From positions 19,383 to 83,382 of the forward strand of contig JBJHDK010000001.1 in the NCBI GenBank assembly GCA_050486505.1: a DNA stretch of 64,000 nt, given 5' to 3'. Under the pieces are notes generated by a model. It searched no databases, was not told the origin of the DNA, and saw only the letters and a program-made list of their open reading frames with translations. The translations under genes and the position numbers were made by a program. Positions 49,249-59,486 of the stretch are shown here, in pieces (within the stretch, counting starts at the first letter, position 1; every line of letters starts with the position of its first letter). This stretch comes from Fibrobacteria bacterium. GTDB taxonomy: Bacteria > Fibrobacterota > Fibrobacteria > UBA11236.

Positions 49249-50352
49249 ATGAGGCTGACTTTGGTCATCGGAACCCTTGATCCTCCGGCCGGGGCTCAGC
49301 GGGTGTTGTGTCTTATGGCCAACCACTGGGCGGCAAAAGGCGAGGAGGTTTCGTTGCTCACCTTGAGTGCGACCACGCCGCCTTTTTATCCGTTGCATCC
49401 CCGCGTTGCGTACCGCCCCCTCAATTACCGGTGGGGACGGCGGGGCATCATTCCGGCTTGGGTGGCATTTGTGCGCAACATGCTGCGATTTCGTGCGGAT
49501 CTGCTGGCTACCCGCCCCGACGCGGTCATCAGTTTCATTGATGAGAATAACGTTCGCGTACTCATGGCGCTTGCGGGTTCGAGGGTACCCGTCCTGGTCT
49601 CAGAGCGTTGCGATCCTTTTGAACATCGCATGCGTCCCACATGGAACTTCCTCAGGCGGCTCGTTTATCCCTTGGCGAGCGCCATCGTGGTGCAGACCGC
49701 GCGCGCCGGCCGTTACTTTAGCCCCCGGCTTGATGAGCGGCTGGAACTCATACCAAATCCGGTGCCCGCGGTTGATCAGAACGTGGAAGCCGACCATCTG
49801 CTCGAGCCGAATACCGTGGTGTCGATGGGGCGGCTTAGTCCCCAGAAAGGGTATGATCTGCTCGTGCGCGCTTTCTCAGCTCTGGATCCCGCCCATGCGG
49901 GTTGGAAGCTTGTGATTTTCGGGGTCGGGGAGGATCGTGAGCAGTTGGAGGAGTTGGTTCGTACTCTGGGGATGGAAGGCCGGATCCGGTTCCCGGGGCG
50001 CACGAAGACGGTTCATGCCGTGATGAGGCAGGCGGAGCTATTTGTATCGTCATCCCGTTACGAGGGTTTCCCCAACGTGCTTTGTGAGGCCATGGCCTGC
50101 GGTCTTGCCGTAATCGCCACAGACTGTCCGAGCGGCCCGCGCGAGATTGTCACCCACGAGGCTGATGGCTTGTTGGTTCCGAATGAGGATGTCGAAGCCT
50201 TGACTCGCGCGATGGATTTACTGATGGGTGATGAAGCGCTTCGGCGCAAGCTGGGTGACCGCGCGCGAGCCATCTCGGAGCGCTATGGCATTGATGCGAT
50301 CATGGCGCTGTGGGATCGGGCGTTGCGGGAGAAGTGCGGGGTTTCGGCTTGA
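49249..50352 (+). CDS. Glycosyltransferase family 4, paralog 3
   Basis: MRLTLVI..GAQRV, QKGYD, SSRYEGFPNVLCEAM. Confidence 0.92.
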   Translation: MRLTLVIGTLDPPAGAQRVLCLMANHWAAKGEEVSLLTLSATTPPFYPLHPRVAYRPLNYRWGRRGIIPAWVAFVRNMLRFRADLLATRPDAVISFIDENNVRVLMALAGSRVPVLVSERCDPFEHRMRPTWNFLRRLVYPLASAIVVQTARAGRYFSPRLDERLELIPNPVPAVDQNVEADHLLEPNTVVSMGRLSPQKGYDLLVRAFSALDPAHAGWKLVIFGVGEDREQLEELVRTLGMEGRIRFPGRTKTVHAVMRQAELFVSSSRYEGFPNVLCEAMACGLAVIATDCPSGPREIVTHEADGLLVPNEDVEALTRAMDLLMGDEALRRKLGDRARAISERYGIDAIMALWDRALREKCGVSA

Positions 50353-51529
50353 CTCTGGTTGTCGGTCCAAGCATTCCGAAAGATCGCGCGATGTATTCTG
50401 CCCGCTTGTCCCACGTATAGTGCTTCAGGAACCGTTCGCGGGCATTGCGGCCCAACGATTCCCGGAGCTCCCGATTCTCGCCAAGTTTGCGGATGGCCAC
50501 CACCCATGCGTCGCCGTTGTCTGGCGGCACCATGATTGCGCAGGTTTCGTCGAGGATTTCACGCAGCACGGGCAGGTCTGAACAAATGATCGGCTTGCCC
50601 GCGGCCATATATTCAAATAGTTTCAGCGGCGACATGTAGCGCCCGATGTCCACTCCGCCGCCGCCCGCAGCTCCCACGTTGCGCTGGTAGGGAGCGAGCA
50701 GAATATCCATTTCGTATTGCCGTCTTGAAACTTCCGAATGGGGAAGATGGCCGTGGAATCGCACGTTTTTGGTTACGGGCATGGATTGCCAGCGAAGGAT
50801 GTCTTGCTCCATTCCACCGAAGACGTGCAGTTCGACTTCGGGAAGGGTGGGGAGCGCCTTCGCGAGATCGGCGATGCGCTCCATTCCTTTCCCAGGATAC
50901 AGGTGGCCGAAGTACCCGACCTTGAGGGGACCGGATTTCGTTACAGCGGCGCTTGCTTCGCGGTCGTCGGCTCCGTCGTGTGCGATGAGAAGTGGCTTGC
51001 GCTGGAGAATGGGGGTGTCTTCGGAGACCGCATTTTTTAGGGCACCGGAGATGACCACGGTTCCCCGATAAGAGGGGGAGCAGGCGAGTCGGGAAAGCAT
51101 GTACCGGAAAAGGAGGCGCATGTGCGGGCGCATTTCGGCGATCTGAACCGAAAGCGGCATGTGCAGTTCCAAGGCGCAGGGGACCCCGGCGCGGGAGGCG
51201 GCATAGACTGCAAGCAGATCCCTGCCGTAAGCAAAGTCAGGTCGAATACGCTCGATTTCGCCACGCCAGGTTTTATAGAGGGCCACAAGCTTCGGCCGCC
51301 CGGGGCGCGGTGCGAGCTTTTTAAGAGTGAAGACGGGGGGGACGCCGTAGAAGCCGAACGGATCCGGGTGCGGGAGCTCTTCATGAACTTCGCTTTGGGC
51401 GGGCCGTTCGGTCGTCAGTAAGGTGACATCGAGCCCAAGGTTCGCGAACGAGCGGCACATCTTCATGACATGCACGCTGTTCGCCGTTCTGGACGGGATG
51501 GTGGAGTTTGCGAGGTAGAGAAGTTTCAA
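50300..51529 (-). CDS. Glycosyltransferase family 4
   Basis: ANSVHVMKMC, KGME, SPLKLFEYMAAG. Confidence 0.9.
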   Translation of the reverse strand: MKLLYLANSTIPSRTANSVHVMKMCRSFANLGLDVTLLTTERPAQSEVHEELPHPDPFGFYGVPPVFTLKKLAPRPGRPKLVALYKTWRGEIERIRPDFAYGRDLLAVYAASRAGVPCALELHMPLSVQIAEMRPHMRLLFRYMLSRLACSPSYRGTVVISGALKNAVSEDTPILQRKPLLIAHDGADDREASAAVTKSGPLKVGYFGHLYPGKGMERIADLAKALPTLPEVELHVFGGMEQDILRWQSMPVTKNVRFHGHLPHSEVSRRQYEMDILLAPYQRNVGAAGGGGVDIGRYMSPLKLFEYMAAGKPIICSDLPVLREILDETCAIMVPPDNGDAWVVAIRKLGENRELRESLGRNARERFLKHYTWDKRAEYIARSFGMLGPTTRVKPKPRTSPATPDPTAP

Positions 51530-51551
51530 GAGTGTACCCGAGTATGTGTCG

Positions 51552-52250
51552 CTAGTCTCGTGTCGTAATGCCTTTTATTCTTTTCTTGTTGATTCTGATT
51601 TCTTCCTCAAACCTCCGTCGCACTCTTCGGAACCAAGTGAGCGGCGGTACGCGTCGTCCCAAGCCCTCTTCCCTAGTGTATTGGCATGGTTTACAGTATC
51701 CGCAGGGATTACTGCCACGAGGATCGTGGCAGAACCACGTTATTTCCATCAGGTCCGCAAACCCATTTTTCTCGGCATATGCTTGCATTTCGAGCTTAGT
51801 CAGACGTAACAAAGGGAGAGAAAATACGGAAAAATCATTGAAGTCGTCGCTTCCGATGAAGTTGACGAACTTGTCGTCGACATGTATGCAAAGTTCCAAG
51901 TCCCGTATGTTTTCATTTTTTACCAAGCTCGCCAAGAACAAATACTGGTCCCCAATATGTCCCTTTTTCAGCAAGGACTGGAAGGTGTTGCGCATTTCAA
52001 TGGAGACTTGTATGTGATTTTTGTGGTAAAAAATTGTAGGAAGAACTCTTTTTGCTGCATCTGGATCCTTTCTTGAAAGGCCCTCACGAATCGCCTCCAT
52101 TGATGCCATTTCCATTTTTGTCCCCCGCCTTTCAGGGGCGATGACGTAGTATGGTCTGACGTAGACTTTCTGTTTCAAGACGAGATCTAGAACCCTGAAT
52201 GTGGAGTCCCAACCCGAAGTCCATAAGACGCTGTGTATGCGTGGAGACAT
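51552..52250 (-). CDS. QueC-like PP-loop (adenine nucleotide alpha hydrolase) protein
   Basis: VLWTSGWDST PP-loop variant, PL...TK..M, TWFCH.P....PCG.C.PC zinc motif; low GC. Confidence 0.7.
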   Translation of the reverse strand: MSPRIHSVLWTSGWDSTFRVLDLVLKQKVYVRPYYVIAPERRGTKMEMASMEAIREGLSRKDPDAAKRVLPTIFYHKNHIQVSIEMRNTFQSLLKKGHIGDQYLFLASLVKNENIRDLELCIHVDDKFVNFIGSDDFNDFSVFSLPLLRLTKLEMQAYAEKNGFADLMEITWFCHDPRGSNPCGYCKPCQYTREEGLGRRVPPLTWFRRVRRRFEEEIRINKKRIKGITTRD

Positions 52251-52484
52251 GGCTTCCCCCTTGGTTCAGTTGGCCTAGTTTTTTGAGTTTTCCTGAGTGG
52301 TTATACCCTGGTAGTCCCGTGGGCATGAGCTAGTTAACATTTGCCATAGTGCGGAAATTGGTCGCTTTGAGGCACACAAATAGCTAAAATTTACCGCACT
52401 TTGACTAAGTACCCGCCTTTTTAGATCATGCCCATCCCTTACACCAAATTTCGTGTCATTGCACGAAGCCCGAAACGACATGTC

Positions 52485-53813
52485 ATGGGGTGGCTCCGTG
52501 ACGCGTTGATGCGTCGACTGCTTCAGAACTCCGGTTGGCTTCTCAGCGGGACCGTCATGGCCACGGCCATCAGCCTGGTCAGCATTGTCATCAAGACGCG
52601 TGCTCTTGGCGCCGAGGCCTTTGGAATGTTCGCCGTGTTTCTTGCCTACGCAGGTACGATGGAGATATTGGGGGCGTTTCGCCCGTGGCGGGGATTGATC
52701 AAGTTCGGTGCCGAGGCCAGGCAACGCAAGAACCCTGTGGAATTTATGTCGTACGTGAAGATGTCTTTCGTCCTGGATATGCTCGGCGCCTTGCTGGGCG
52801 TGGGGTTGGCCTTGGCGGGAGTGTACGCATTTTCGCGATGGCAAGGTTGGGGGCCGGAAGCGATGTGGATGCTTACGGTGATGAGCTTGGGTATCATGTT
52901 CAGGTTGACAGGAACCCCGATCGGAGTGCTCCGGCTGCTGGACCGGTTCAAACTCTTCACGGTACAGCGAGTGCTTGAGGCCGTGGTGGGGCTTCTCGGG
53001 AGTATTCTTGTTTTTTGGATGGGATACGGTCTTTGGGGGTTCGTCGCGGTCACGGTGTTCACGTCATTCGTGAGTGGAATCCTGTTGCTTGGGAGTACTG
53101 TGTACGTCTTGAAGCAGGATGGTTATTGGTCAAACTGGTCTGCGGCGAAGATGGCGGACTGGAAGCCATTCTTCCGGTTTTCTGGGTGGACCTACTTGTC
53201 GTCCACCCTTGTGGTTCCCATGCGGCATCTGGACGTGGTCATCGTCTCGGCAGCCCTAAGCCTGGAGGAAGCCGGCATCTATCGAATCGTGAAGCAGGTC
53301 GCTGGCTTGTTGGAACAATTGGCTGATCCTGTATATCAGGCCGTCTACCCGCAATTCGCCACCATCATTGCCTCGGGCGATCTCAAGGGAAGCATGAAGT
53401 ACGCGCTCAAAGTCGGGGGAATTATCGCGCTTGTTATTCTACCCGTTGGCAGTATTCTCATGGGAACTTCTTTTTGGTGGTTGGGAGCGGTATTCGGCGC
53501 AGGTTTCGCTGCGGGCTTGTTTGCGCTTAACCTCTTCTTGCTGGTCAAGATGCTGTTCGTCCCCACGCTCCCTGTGCATCCGTTGTTTGTTGCTGCGGGA
53601 TATGTGCGTCAGAATGTGTGGATACTCGCAGGTTCAAGCGCGGTTTATCTTGCATTGGCGTGGCCTTTGGCTCACTGGATGGGTCTGACAGGAATGGTTC
53701 TTGCGTGGCTGGTGCAAGCTTTTATGGCCGTGGCGTTTAAGTCAATCTTACTTGTGAAGGCAGGAACTCTTGTTTCGGTGGCACGTAACGAGAATCGCCT
53801 TGGAGAGGCCTGA
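52485..53813 (+). CDS. Wzx-type O-antigen/polysaccharide flippase
   Basis: About 12 TM helices, RALGAEAFG, AGIYRI, YPQF. Confidence 0.88.
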   Translation: MGWLRDALMRRLLQNSGWLLSGTVMATAISLVSIVIKTRALGAEAFGMFAVFLAYAGTMEILGAFRPWRGLIKFGAEARQRKNPVEFMSYVKMSFVLDMLGALLGVGLALAGVYAFSRWQGWGPEAMWMLTVMSLGIMFRLTGTPIGVLRLLDRFKLFTVQRVLEAVVGLLGSILVFWMGYGLWGFVAVTVFTSFVSGILLLGSTVYVLKQDGYWSNWSAAKMADWKPFFRFSGWTYLSSTLVVPMRHLDVVIVSAALSLEEAGIYRIVKQVAGLLEQLADPVYQAVYPQFATIIASGDLKGSMKYALKVGGIIALVILPVGSILMGTSFWWLGAVFGAGFAAGLFALNLFLLVKMLFVPTLPVHPLFVAAGYVRQNVWILAGSSAVYLALAWPLAHWMGLTGMVLAWLVQAFMAVAFKSILLVKAGTLVSVARNENRLGEA

Positions 53814-55100
53814 ATGAATTTCAACAGAGATCTCATGCTTTTTCTGCACTTTGGTTATGTGCCGCGACATGAAATTTCCCCGGAAGGAAGGATGTTGATC
53901 GACAGCCTTTCCGGTGAGCGTCCTGACTGGAGAGGAGTTCGGGAGGCCGAGCTTGTTGAGCGAGGCGCAGGTATCTTGAAAAAGCTGGTGCGGGATCGTC
54001 TCTCCATGGATGACATGAATAAGACACATGTTATTCCGCTTAGTGGGGGACTTGACTCTCGGGCGGTCCTTGCAGGACTTCTCGATAACATTCCTAAAAG
54101 TCAGATTATGGCGGTGACCTTTGGCGCTGAAGGCTCTCTCGATCTGGAAATCGGAAGGCGTATCGCAGAGCATACAGGAATTCGTCATCATACTGTCAAC
54201 CTTGGAGCGCCTGAATGGGTATGGCGTGAAGAGGTGCTACTTCGCATGGCAGTAAAAGTTCCCCCGATCGCAATTTTTGAATCGTACGTGAACCATTACT
54301 TGCCGACTCTTTTTGGCGTCAATGCTGTTTACTGGAGCGGTTTTTCGGCCGGCTTTATCGCGGGAAGCAGGCTTCCGATTAAACCAAGTGAAACTTGGGA
54401 TGCCGCAATCGGTGCAATTATTCGGAAAGATCAGTATTCCAAATCCCCTGGCCTTCTTCCTCCGGGCTGCGATCTTGCAAGGCTGCTTCCCGAAAAGCCA
54501 TTTACCGACAGTGCGATTCTGTCGTACGATGATCAGGTGGATTTTTTTCTGAGGCAGTCATGTTTTATAAGGCATGCAGTGCTGCCGGTTGGTTACGATT
54601 ACAGGGCGCCTTTCCTGCATCCGGAGTGGGTGCGATTCATGATGACCTTGCCAGCAGAGCATCGGCAAGGTTCGCGTCTTTACAAGAAAACATTATGCAT
54701 TGCCTATCCTGAGCTTTTTGGGCTGCCGACCAAAAACAATGGCGGCCTGCCGCTAACGGTGCCGGACTGGCGGCTCTATCTGGATAGTCGTATTCGAAGA
54801 GTGATGAGTCTTGCGCGCGATGTCCTTCATGTTCCCCAAATACAGCCGGGCAAGAACAAATACGTCGACTTTGATCAGGAACTCAGAAAGCGTTCTGACT
54901 TGAAGAAGGTTGTCCTCGCTTCTCTGGATGGATTGCGTACTCGAGGGGATGTCGCATGGGTGGACGCGATTGGACTCTGGAATCGCCATCAGGCCCTGAC
55001 GGGCGATTATTCAAGAGCTTTATTGTTGCTTGCGGGGGCCGAGTTGTTTTTCAAGGCCGGACGCTTTCGTCTGGATTGGAATGGGCAAGAGAAGGTTTAG
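53814..55100 (+). CDS. Asparagine synthetase C-terminal-domain-only protein
   Basis: PLSGGLDSR PP-loop, TFG, PFL; lacks the N-terminal Cys glutaminase domain. Confidence 0.75.
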   Translation: MNFNRDLMLFLHFGYVPRHEISPEGRMLIDSLSGERPDWRGVREAELVERGAGILKKLVRDRLSMDDMNKTHVIPLSGGLDSRAVLAGLLDNIPKSQIMAVTFGAEGSLDLEIGRRIAEHTGIRHHTVNLGAPEWVWREEVLLRMAVKVPPIAIFESYVNHYLPTLFGVNAVYWSGFSAGFIAGSRLPIKPSETWDAAIGAIIRKDQYSKSPGLLPPGCDLARLLPEKPFTDSAILSYDDQVDFFLRQSCFIRHAVLPVGYDYRAPFLHPEWVRFMMTLPAEHRQGSRLYKKTLCIAYPELFGLPTKNNGGLPLTVPDWRLYLDSRIRRVMSLARDVLHVPQIQPGKNKYVDFDQELRKRSDLKKVVLASLDGLRTRGDVAWVDAIGLWNRHQALTGDYSRALLLLAGAELFFKAGRFRLDWNGQEKV

Positions 55101-55174
55101 CTTTTGGCGCTCATGGAGATGAATCAGCCTGGGAGATCTGCCGGTATCCGGTCAGCCCACCGAACGGAGACATA

Positions 55175-55873
55175 ATGAAGTTTTTTGACGACAGAGTTCA
55201 TAAGATTCCTCGCCAATGGTCCAATGCCGAGCTCGCGAGATTCGCTCACCTGTTTTCCGGTGATGTTGTCAATGTCAGCGGTTGGATGGATATCGACAAG
55301 GAGGGGCGTAGATACAAGGACTATTTCAAAAATGCATCAAGCTATTCGATCACGAACTTCAAATCAGAAGCCAGGGGGTTTCAGGGGTTTGAGAACGAGA
55401 TTTTCCTTGATCTTGAGCAGAACCTTCCTGAAGATCTCAAGCGGAAGTTTGATGTTGTATTCAATCATACGACCCTTGAGCACATTTTCGAGGTTGATCG
55501 CGCGTTTTCCAATCTATGTGAAATGTCCAAAGACGTAGTAATAGTGGTATTGCCTTTTCTGCAACAGTATCATGCTGACTACGGCGACTACTGGCGCTTT
55601 TCACCGCAGGCTGCCAAGAGACTATTCGAGAAGAACGGCATGGAGCTGGTATACCAGAGCTTCAATGGCGATTTGTGTAGTTCCGTCTACGTCTTCTCGA
55701 TTGCCGTGCGTAATCCGGAGAAATGGAAAGAAAAGTTCAACTGGACATATTCCTGTGTGGAACCCAAAGGGCACGGCGATGAACCTTATGTTGGTTGCCG
55801 CGCGATTCCAAACTGGCCGTATCGCATGCTTAATTGGGCCAAGGCGTTTGTCGCGAAGGTCTGGGTAAAATGA
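55175..55873 (+). CDS. Putative SAM-dependent methyltransferase
   Basis: FDVVFNHTTLEHI, PF...YH..YGDYWRF; RBS GGAGA before ATG 55175. Confidence 0.75.
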   Translation: MKFFDDRVHKIPRQWSNAELARFAHLFSGDVVNVSGWMDIDKEGRRYKDYFKNASSYSITNFKSEARGFQGFENEIFLDLEQNLPEDLKRKFDVVFNHTTLEHIFEVDRAFSNLCEMSKDVVIVVLPFLQQYHADYGDYWRFSPQAAKRLFEKNGMELVYQSFNGDLCSSVYVFSIAVRNPEKWKEKFNWTYSCVEPKGHGDEPYVGCRAIPNWPYRMLNWAKAFVAKVWVK

Positions 55874-55917
55874 CATTGATTCATTGACTCTTCAGATGCG
55901 GAATTAAGAGCCTTACA

Positions 55918-57066
55918 ATGATGAGAATCCTCCACATCGGAAAATTCTGGCCCCCGCCGTTCGGCGGCATGGAAACCGTCCTCCGCGACCTGGTGCAGGA
56001 AACCTCCCGCCACGCGCGGGTCGACGTCCTGGTCGCCAACCACGAAAATCGCACCACCGTTGAACGTCTCCGCAACAAGGGAATCCTCGTGCGCGCAGCC
56101 TCGCGGGGCACCGCCGCCGGGGTGTCGATCGCCGCGGGGTTTCCGGCGCTCCTGCGCCGCCTGCTCGCCGGCCGGCACTACGACATCATCCACATCCACC
56201 TTCCCAACCCCCTGGCCCACGGGGCGCTCATGCTGACCGGCTGGAAGGGCAAGGTGCTGCTCCACTGGCACAGCGACATCATCCGCCAGCGCAACCTCCT
56301 TCACCTCTACGGCCCCTTCATGAAGCGCCTGCTCGACCGCGCCGACGTGATTCTCGCAGCCACCCCCAAACACTTCACATCCTCCACCCAGATCAGCCCC
56401 GCCCGGCACGGCCACAAGAGTATCGCCATTCCCTACGGCCTCGACATGAAGCCCTTCGAGGCGACCGCGAGCCTCCTCGAAAAGGCCGCTGCCTTGCGTG
56501 AAAAACATGGCGGCGGGCCGGTGATCTTCGCCTGCGGACGGCACATCTACTACAAGGGTTACGAATACCTCATCCGCGCCATGCGCAAGGTCGAGGGCGC
56601 CGCGCTCGTGCTCGGCGGCAAGGGACCGCTCACACCGTCCCTCAAGGCGTTGGCCAACTCATGCGGGGTGGCCGATCGCGTGCATTTCGCCGGCTTCATC
56701 CCCGACGAGGAAATCGCCGCCTACTACCATGCCGCCGATGTGATGTGCATGCCCTCGGTCGAGCCCAGCGAGGCCTTCGGCATGGTGCAGATCGAGGCCA
56801 TGGCCTGCGGCAAGCCCGTGGTGTGCTGCGAGTTGAACAACGGTGTTACCTGGGTCAATGTGCACGGCGAGACGGGGCTCGTGGTTCCGCCCCGCGATGT
56901 CGCGGCCCTTGCGGGAGCGCTGAACACCCTCCTCTCCGACGCGGGGATGCGCCGCAGGATGGGCGAAACGGGAAGAACCCGTGCCTTGCGCGAGTTCAGC
57001 CTGGAGATGGTGGGGAGACGCTACCTGCAGTTGTTGCAGGAGCTGGCGGTTCCCGCCGCCGCTTGA
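55918..57066 (+). CDS. Glycosyltransferase family 4 (mannosyl/rhamnosyltransferase-like)
   Basis: KFWPP.FGGME, WHSDI, YYKG, SEAFGMVQIEAM. Confidence 0.92.
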   Translation: MMRILHIGKFWPPPFGGMETVLRDLVQETSRHARVDVLVANHENRTTVERLRNKGILVRAASRGTAAGVSIAAGFPALLRRLLAGRHYDIIHIHLPNPLAHGALMLTGWKGKVLLHWHSDIIRQRNLLHLYGPFMKRLLDRADVILAATPKHFTSSTQISPARHGHKSIAIPYGLDMKPFEATASLLEKAAALREKHGGGPVIFACGRHIYYKGYEYLIRAMRKVEGAALVLGGKGPLTPSLKALANSCGVADRVHFAGFIPDEEIAAYYHAADVMCMPSVEPSEAFGMVQIEAMACGKPVVCCELNNGVTWVNVHGETGLVVPPRDVAALAGALNTLLSDAGMRRRMGETGRTRALREFSLEMVGRRYLQLLQELAVPAAA

Positions 57067-58381
57067 CGCCGGCCTCCTTCTCGGCACGCTCCGCCTTGGC
57101 GGCCAGCACGTCTTCAGCCTTCATTTTCGCATAGCATAACAGGGCGACAAACAACGGGATGAAGTAGATCTTGCGGCGCACCAGATCGCCCATGTTGTCG
57201 ATATGGCTGAAGATGAGGAATTGCACGAAGACATACAATGCAAGGAACCTGAAAAACTTGTCGTAATGAAACCGCTCCCAAAGGATCCTGTAGCGCGTGG
57301 CGAGGAGATAGATCGCCGCACAGAGGATGACGAACATCTCAAGAGATGTCGCCAGCGCAAGGATGTTGTGCGCTTCCCATGGGAGAGGCCGGAAGCCTTG
57401 CAGGAAAGTGAACGGCATCGGAAAGGGTTTGAGAACCAATGCGCCATGTTGGTGCTGGATCGACAGGAGCTGACCGAGTGCCTCGAAGAAGCCCCACCCG
57501 ATTTCGAATCCGAAGCGCCCCAACAGGTTCGATGCCACGCGGAACATCAAGACGCCTGCAGCCATCGCGATCACCATGACGGGAAGGCCTCTTCCCGTAA
57601 ACATTTGCTTCAGCGTGATTCGCGACCCGATCCAGGAGACCATGAGAAAGAAGGCCTGGTAAAAGCGGACATAGTAGATGGCGCCCAGGGCAAGTAATGC
57701 GCCGGTCACCTTGGGCGACTTCCAGGCATAGAGAATAAATGCCGTGATCAAAGGGAGAATCACGGTTTCTTTTCCCGTGTACCCAAGCTGCAATGTGATT
57801 GAAGGTGAAAAGAAGAAGAAGAGGAAGAATATCCGTTTGTATTCGATCTTGGGCTCAAGAACTTGATAGAGCTTCATCGTGGCGATAAAAACGACCGTTC
57901 CTGACAGAAAAGCCAGCCCATAGAGGGATCTCGGCATGATCACGAAGATGCTCGTAAAGATGTAGGAGATGATCGTCGTGGAGTTGAGGTCGTAGCGCCT
58001 GAAGAAAAAGCTGGAGACCACCTCGATGTCCTTGATCGCTTCCCAATCATTGGCCCGAATGTAATCCGAGGCCCAGTAGGGGAAGGTATAGTACGGGGTG
58101 AAGTCACCGTACGCATACACATTCACCAGCAACCAGGTCATCAGCCAGGTGAACACCAACTTGTATGCGAAGGCGATGTGGAACAGTTTCTTGCGCGCCG
58201 GGGACTCCTTGCGTACGAACCACATGTAGAGGCGCACCGAGATCCACAGATAAAAGGGAACAAAGGCGTGCCCCATGGGTGGGCGTTGGGCCCATTGGAA
58301 GGTCGCCACGGGATCGATGATCCATTCAGCGACGCGCCCCAGGATCGCGACAAGGATGAACTCAAGAATCAAGAACGCCAT
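56996..58381 (-). CDS. Multi-pass membrane protein, putative polysaccharide polymerase (Wzy-like)
   Basis: About 11 TM helices, GD..Y, GKE, RP.PWE, N.G..R.K; located within the glycosyltransferase cluster. Confidence 0.65.
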   Translation of the reverse strand: MAFLILEFILVAILGRVAEWIIDPVATFQWAQRPPMGHAFVPFYLWISVRLYMWFVRKESPARKKLFHIAFAYKLVFTWLMTWLLVNVYAYGDFTPYYTFPYWASDYIRANDWEAIKDIEVVSSFFFRRYDLNSTTIISYIFTSIFVIMPRSLYGLAFLSGTVVFIATMKLYQVLEPKIEYKRIFFLFFFFSPSITLQLGYTGKETVILPLITAFILYAWKSPKVTGALLALGAIYYVRFYQAFFLMVSWIGSRITLKQMFTGRGLPVMVIAMAAGVLMFRVASNLLGRFGFEIGWGFFEALGQLLSIQHQHGALVLKPFPMPFTFLQGFRPLPWEAHNILALATSLEMFVILCAAIYLLATRYRILWERFHYDKFFRFLALYVFVQFLIFSHIDNMGDLVRRKIYFIPLFVALLCYAKMKAEDVLAAKAERAEKEAGVKRRREPPAPATTAGSVSPPSPG

Positions 58382-59486
58382 GCCACACCAACGCCTGGGG
58401 TTTGAGATCGTATTCCTTCGCCGTCTGCATCCACGCCTCCGGTGACCGGCTCGACCGTGCCACCGTGATCGCCCGCTTCAGCGATTCTGCGTCTTCCATC
58501 GAAAACACCAGCCGGGGGTCGAGGGTTTCCATGAACTCGCGCCCTCCGCCGCTGGTCGTGCTCACCACCGGCGGGAGCCCCACGTCCATTGCCTCGAGCA
58601 GCACCATGCCGAACCCCTCCAGTGAAAGCGTCGGCAAAACGTACACATCCGACAGCAGCATCAGCTCGCGCAAATCGGCATCGCTCACGAAACTCAGGCA
58701 GCGGATGTTCCCCGCCCCCTGCGTCTCCGCCGCCAGCTTCTCCTGCAACTCCCCCTTGCCCACGATGACCAGATGATGGTCGGCCCCGAAGGACGCGCGG
58801 AACATGCGAGCCAGCTCAAGCACCCCCGTGCGGGGCGTAAGGCGTCGGCTGGTGAACAGCACCGTCGCATCCGAGGGAATCCCCCACTTGATTCGCAGCT
58901 CCCCCCGGTGCAGCCGTTCCTCGGGGAGCCCCCCCGTCGGCAACATCGGCGGCACGCGCAGCACCTTCTCCGGGTGTTTCACCAACCCGCGCGCCACATC
59001 CCCGAAAAAATCGGACAGCACCATGATGCGGTCGGCCTTGTGCAGCAGCCAGACCTGGATCGCCTTCTTGATCCGGTAAGCCAAGCCGCCGCCGCCTGCG
59101 GCCTTGTACTCCTCGTGCCACGGACCGTGGAAGAAATACGCCAGGCGCTTGCGCGGCGCGAACAACGTGAAAAACAGGCCGAGCACCGGGTGGTGCACGT
59201 TCAGCACCGTCTCCCGGGAGCAGCGCAGCAACGCGCCCCACAGCTTCGGCGAAAACGGCCCGGCCTCGATGACCTTGCCGGCCGCCTTCCAGCGCTCATA
59301 GTCGGGGTCGAGTTCGCCCGTGGCCCCGTAAACCCCGGCCGAGGGCCGGGTCACCACCGTGAAGGGCAGGCCGTTGGCCTCGAGCCCGCGCAAAAAGCTG
59401 TGCACGAGGCGTCCCGAGCCGCCCATGTAGTTGGGGTAGAGGAAGTCGGCAACCACCAGCACGGGGGCGGGGGGGCGCTCCATCAT
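58362..59486 (-). CDS. Glycosyltransferase family 4
   Basis: GGSGR, FHGPW..E, RRL..R.G, LEGFGMVLLEA. Confidence 0.88.
   Translation of the reverse strand: MMERPPAPVLVVADFLYPNYMGGSGRLVHSFLRGLEANGLPFTVVTRPSAGVYGATGELDPDYERWKAAGKVIEAGPFSPKLWGALLRCSRETVLNVHHPVLGLFFTLFAPRKRLAYFFHGPWHEEYKAAGGGGLAYRIKKAIQVWLLHKADRIMVLSDFFGDVARGLVKHPEKVLRVPPMLPTGGLPEERLHRGELRIKWGIPSDATVLFTSRRLTPRTGVLELARMFRASFGADHHLVIVGKGELQEKLAAETQGAGNIRCLSFVSDADLRELMLLSDVYVLPTLSLEGFGMVLLEAMDVGLPPVVSTTSGGGREFMETLDPRLVFSMEDAESLKRAITVARSSRSPEAWMQTAKEYDLKPQALVWHGVLDS

Noticed and set aside
52299..52306. Second MphR-type operator (GGTTATAC)
   Set aside because: Only a partial half-site with no matching left arm.
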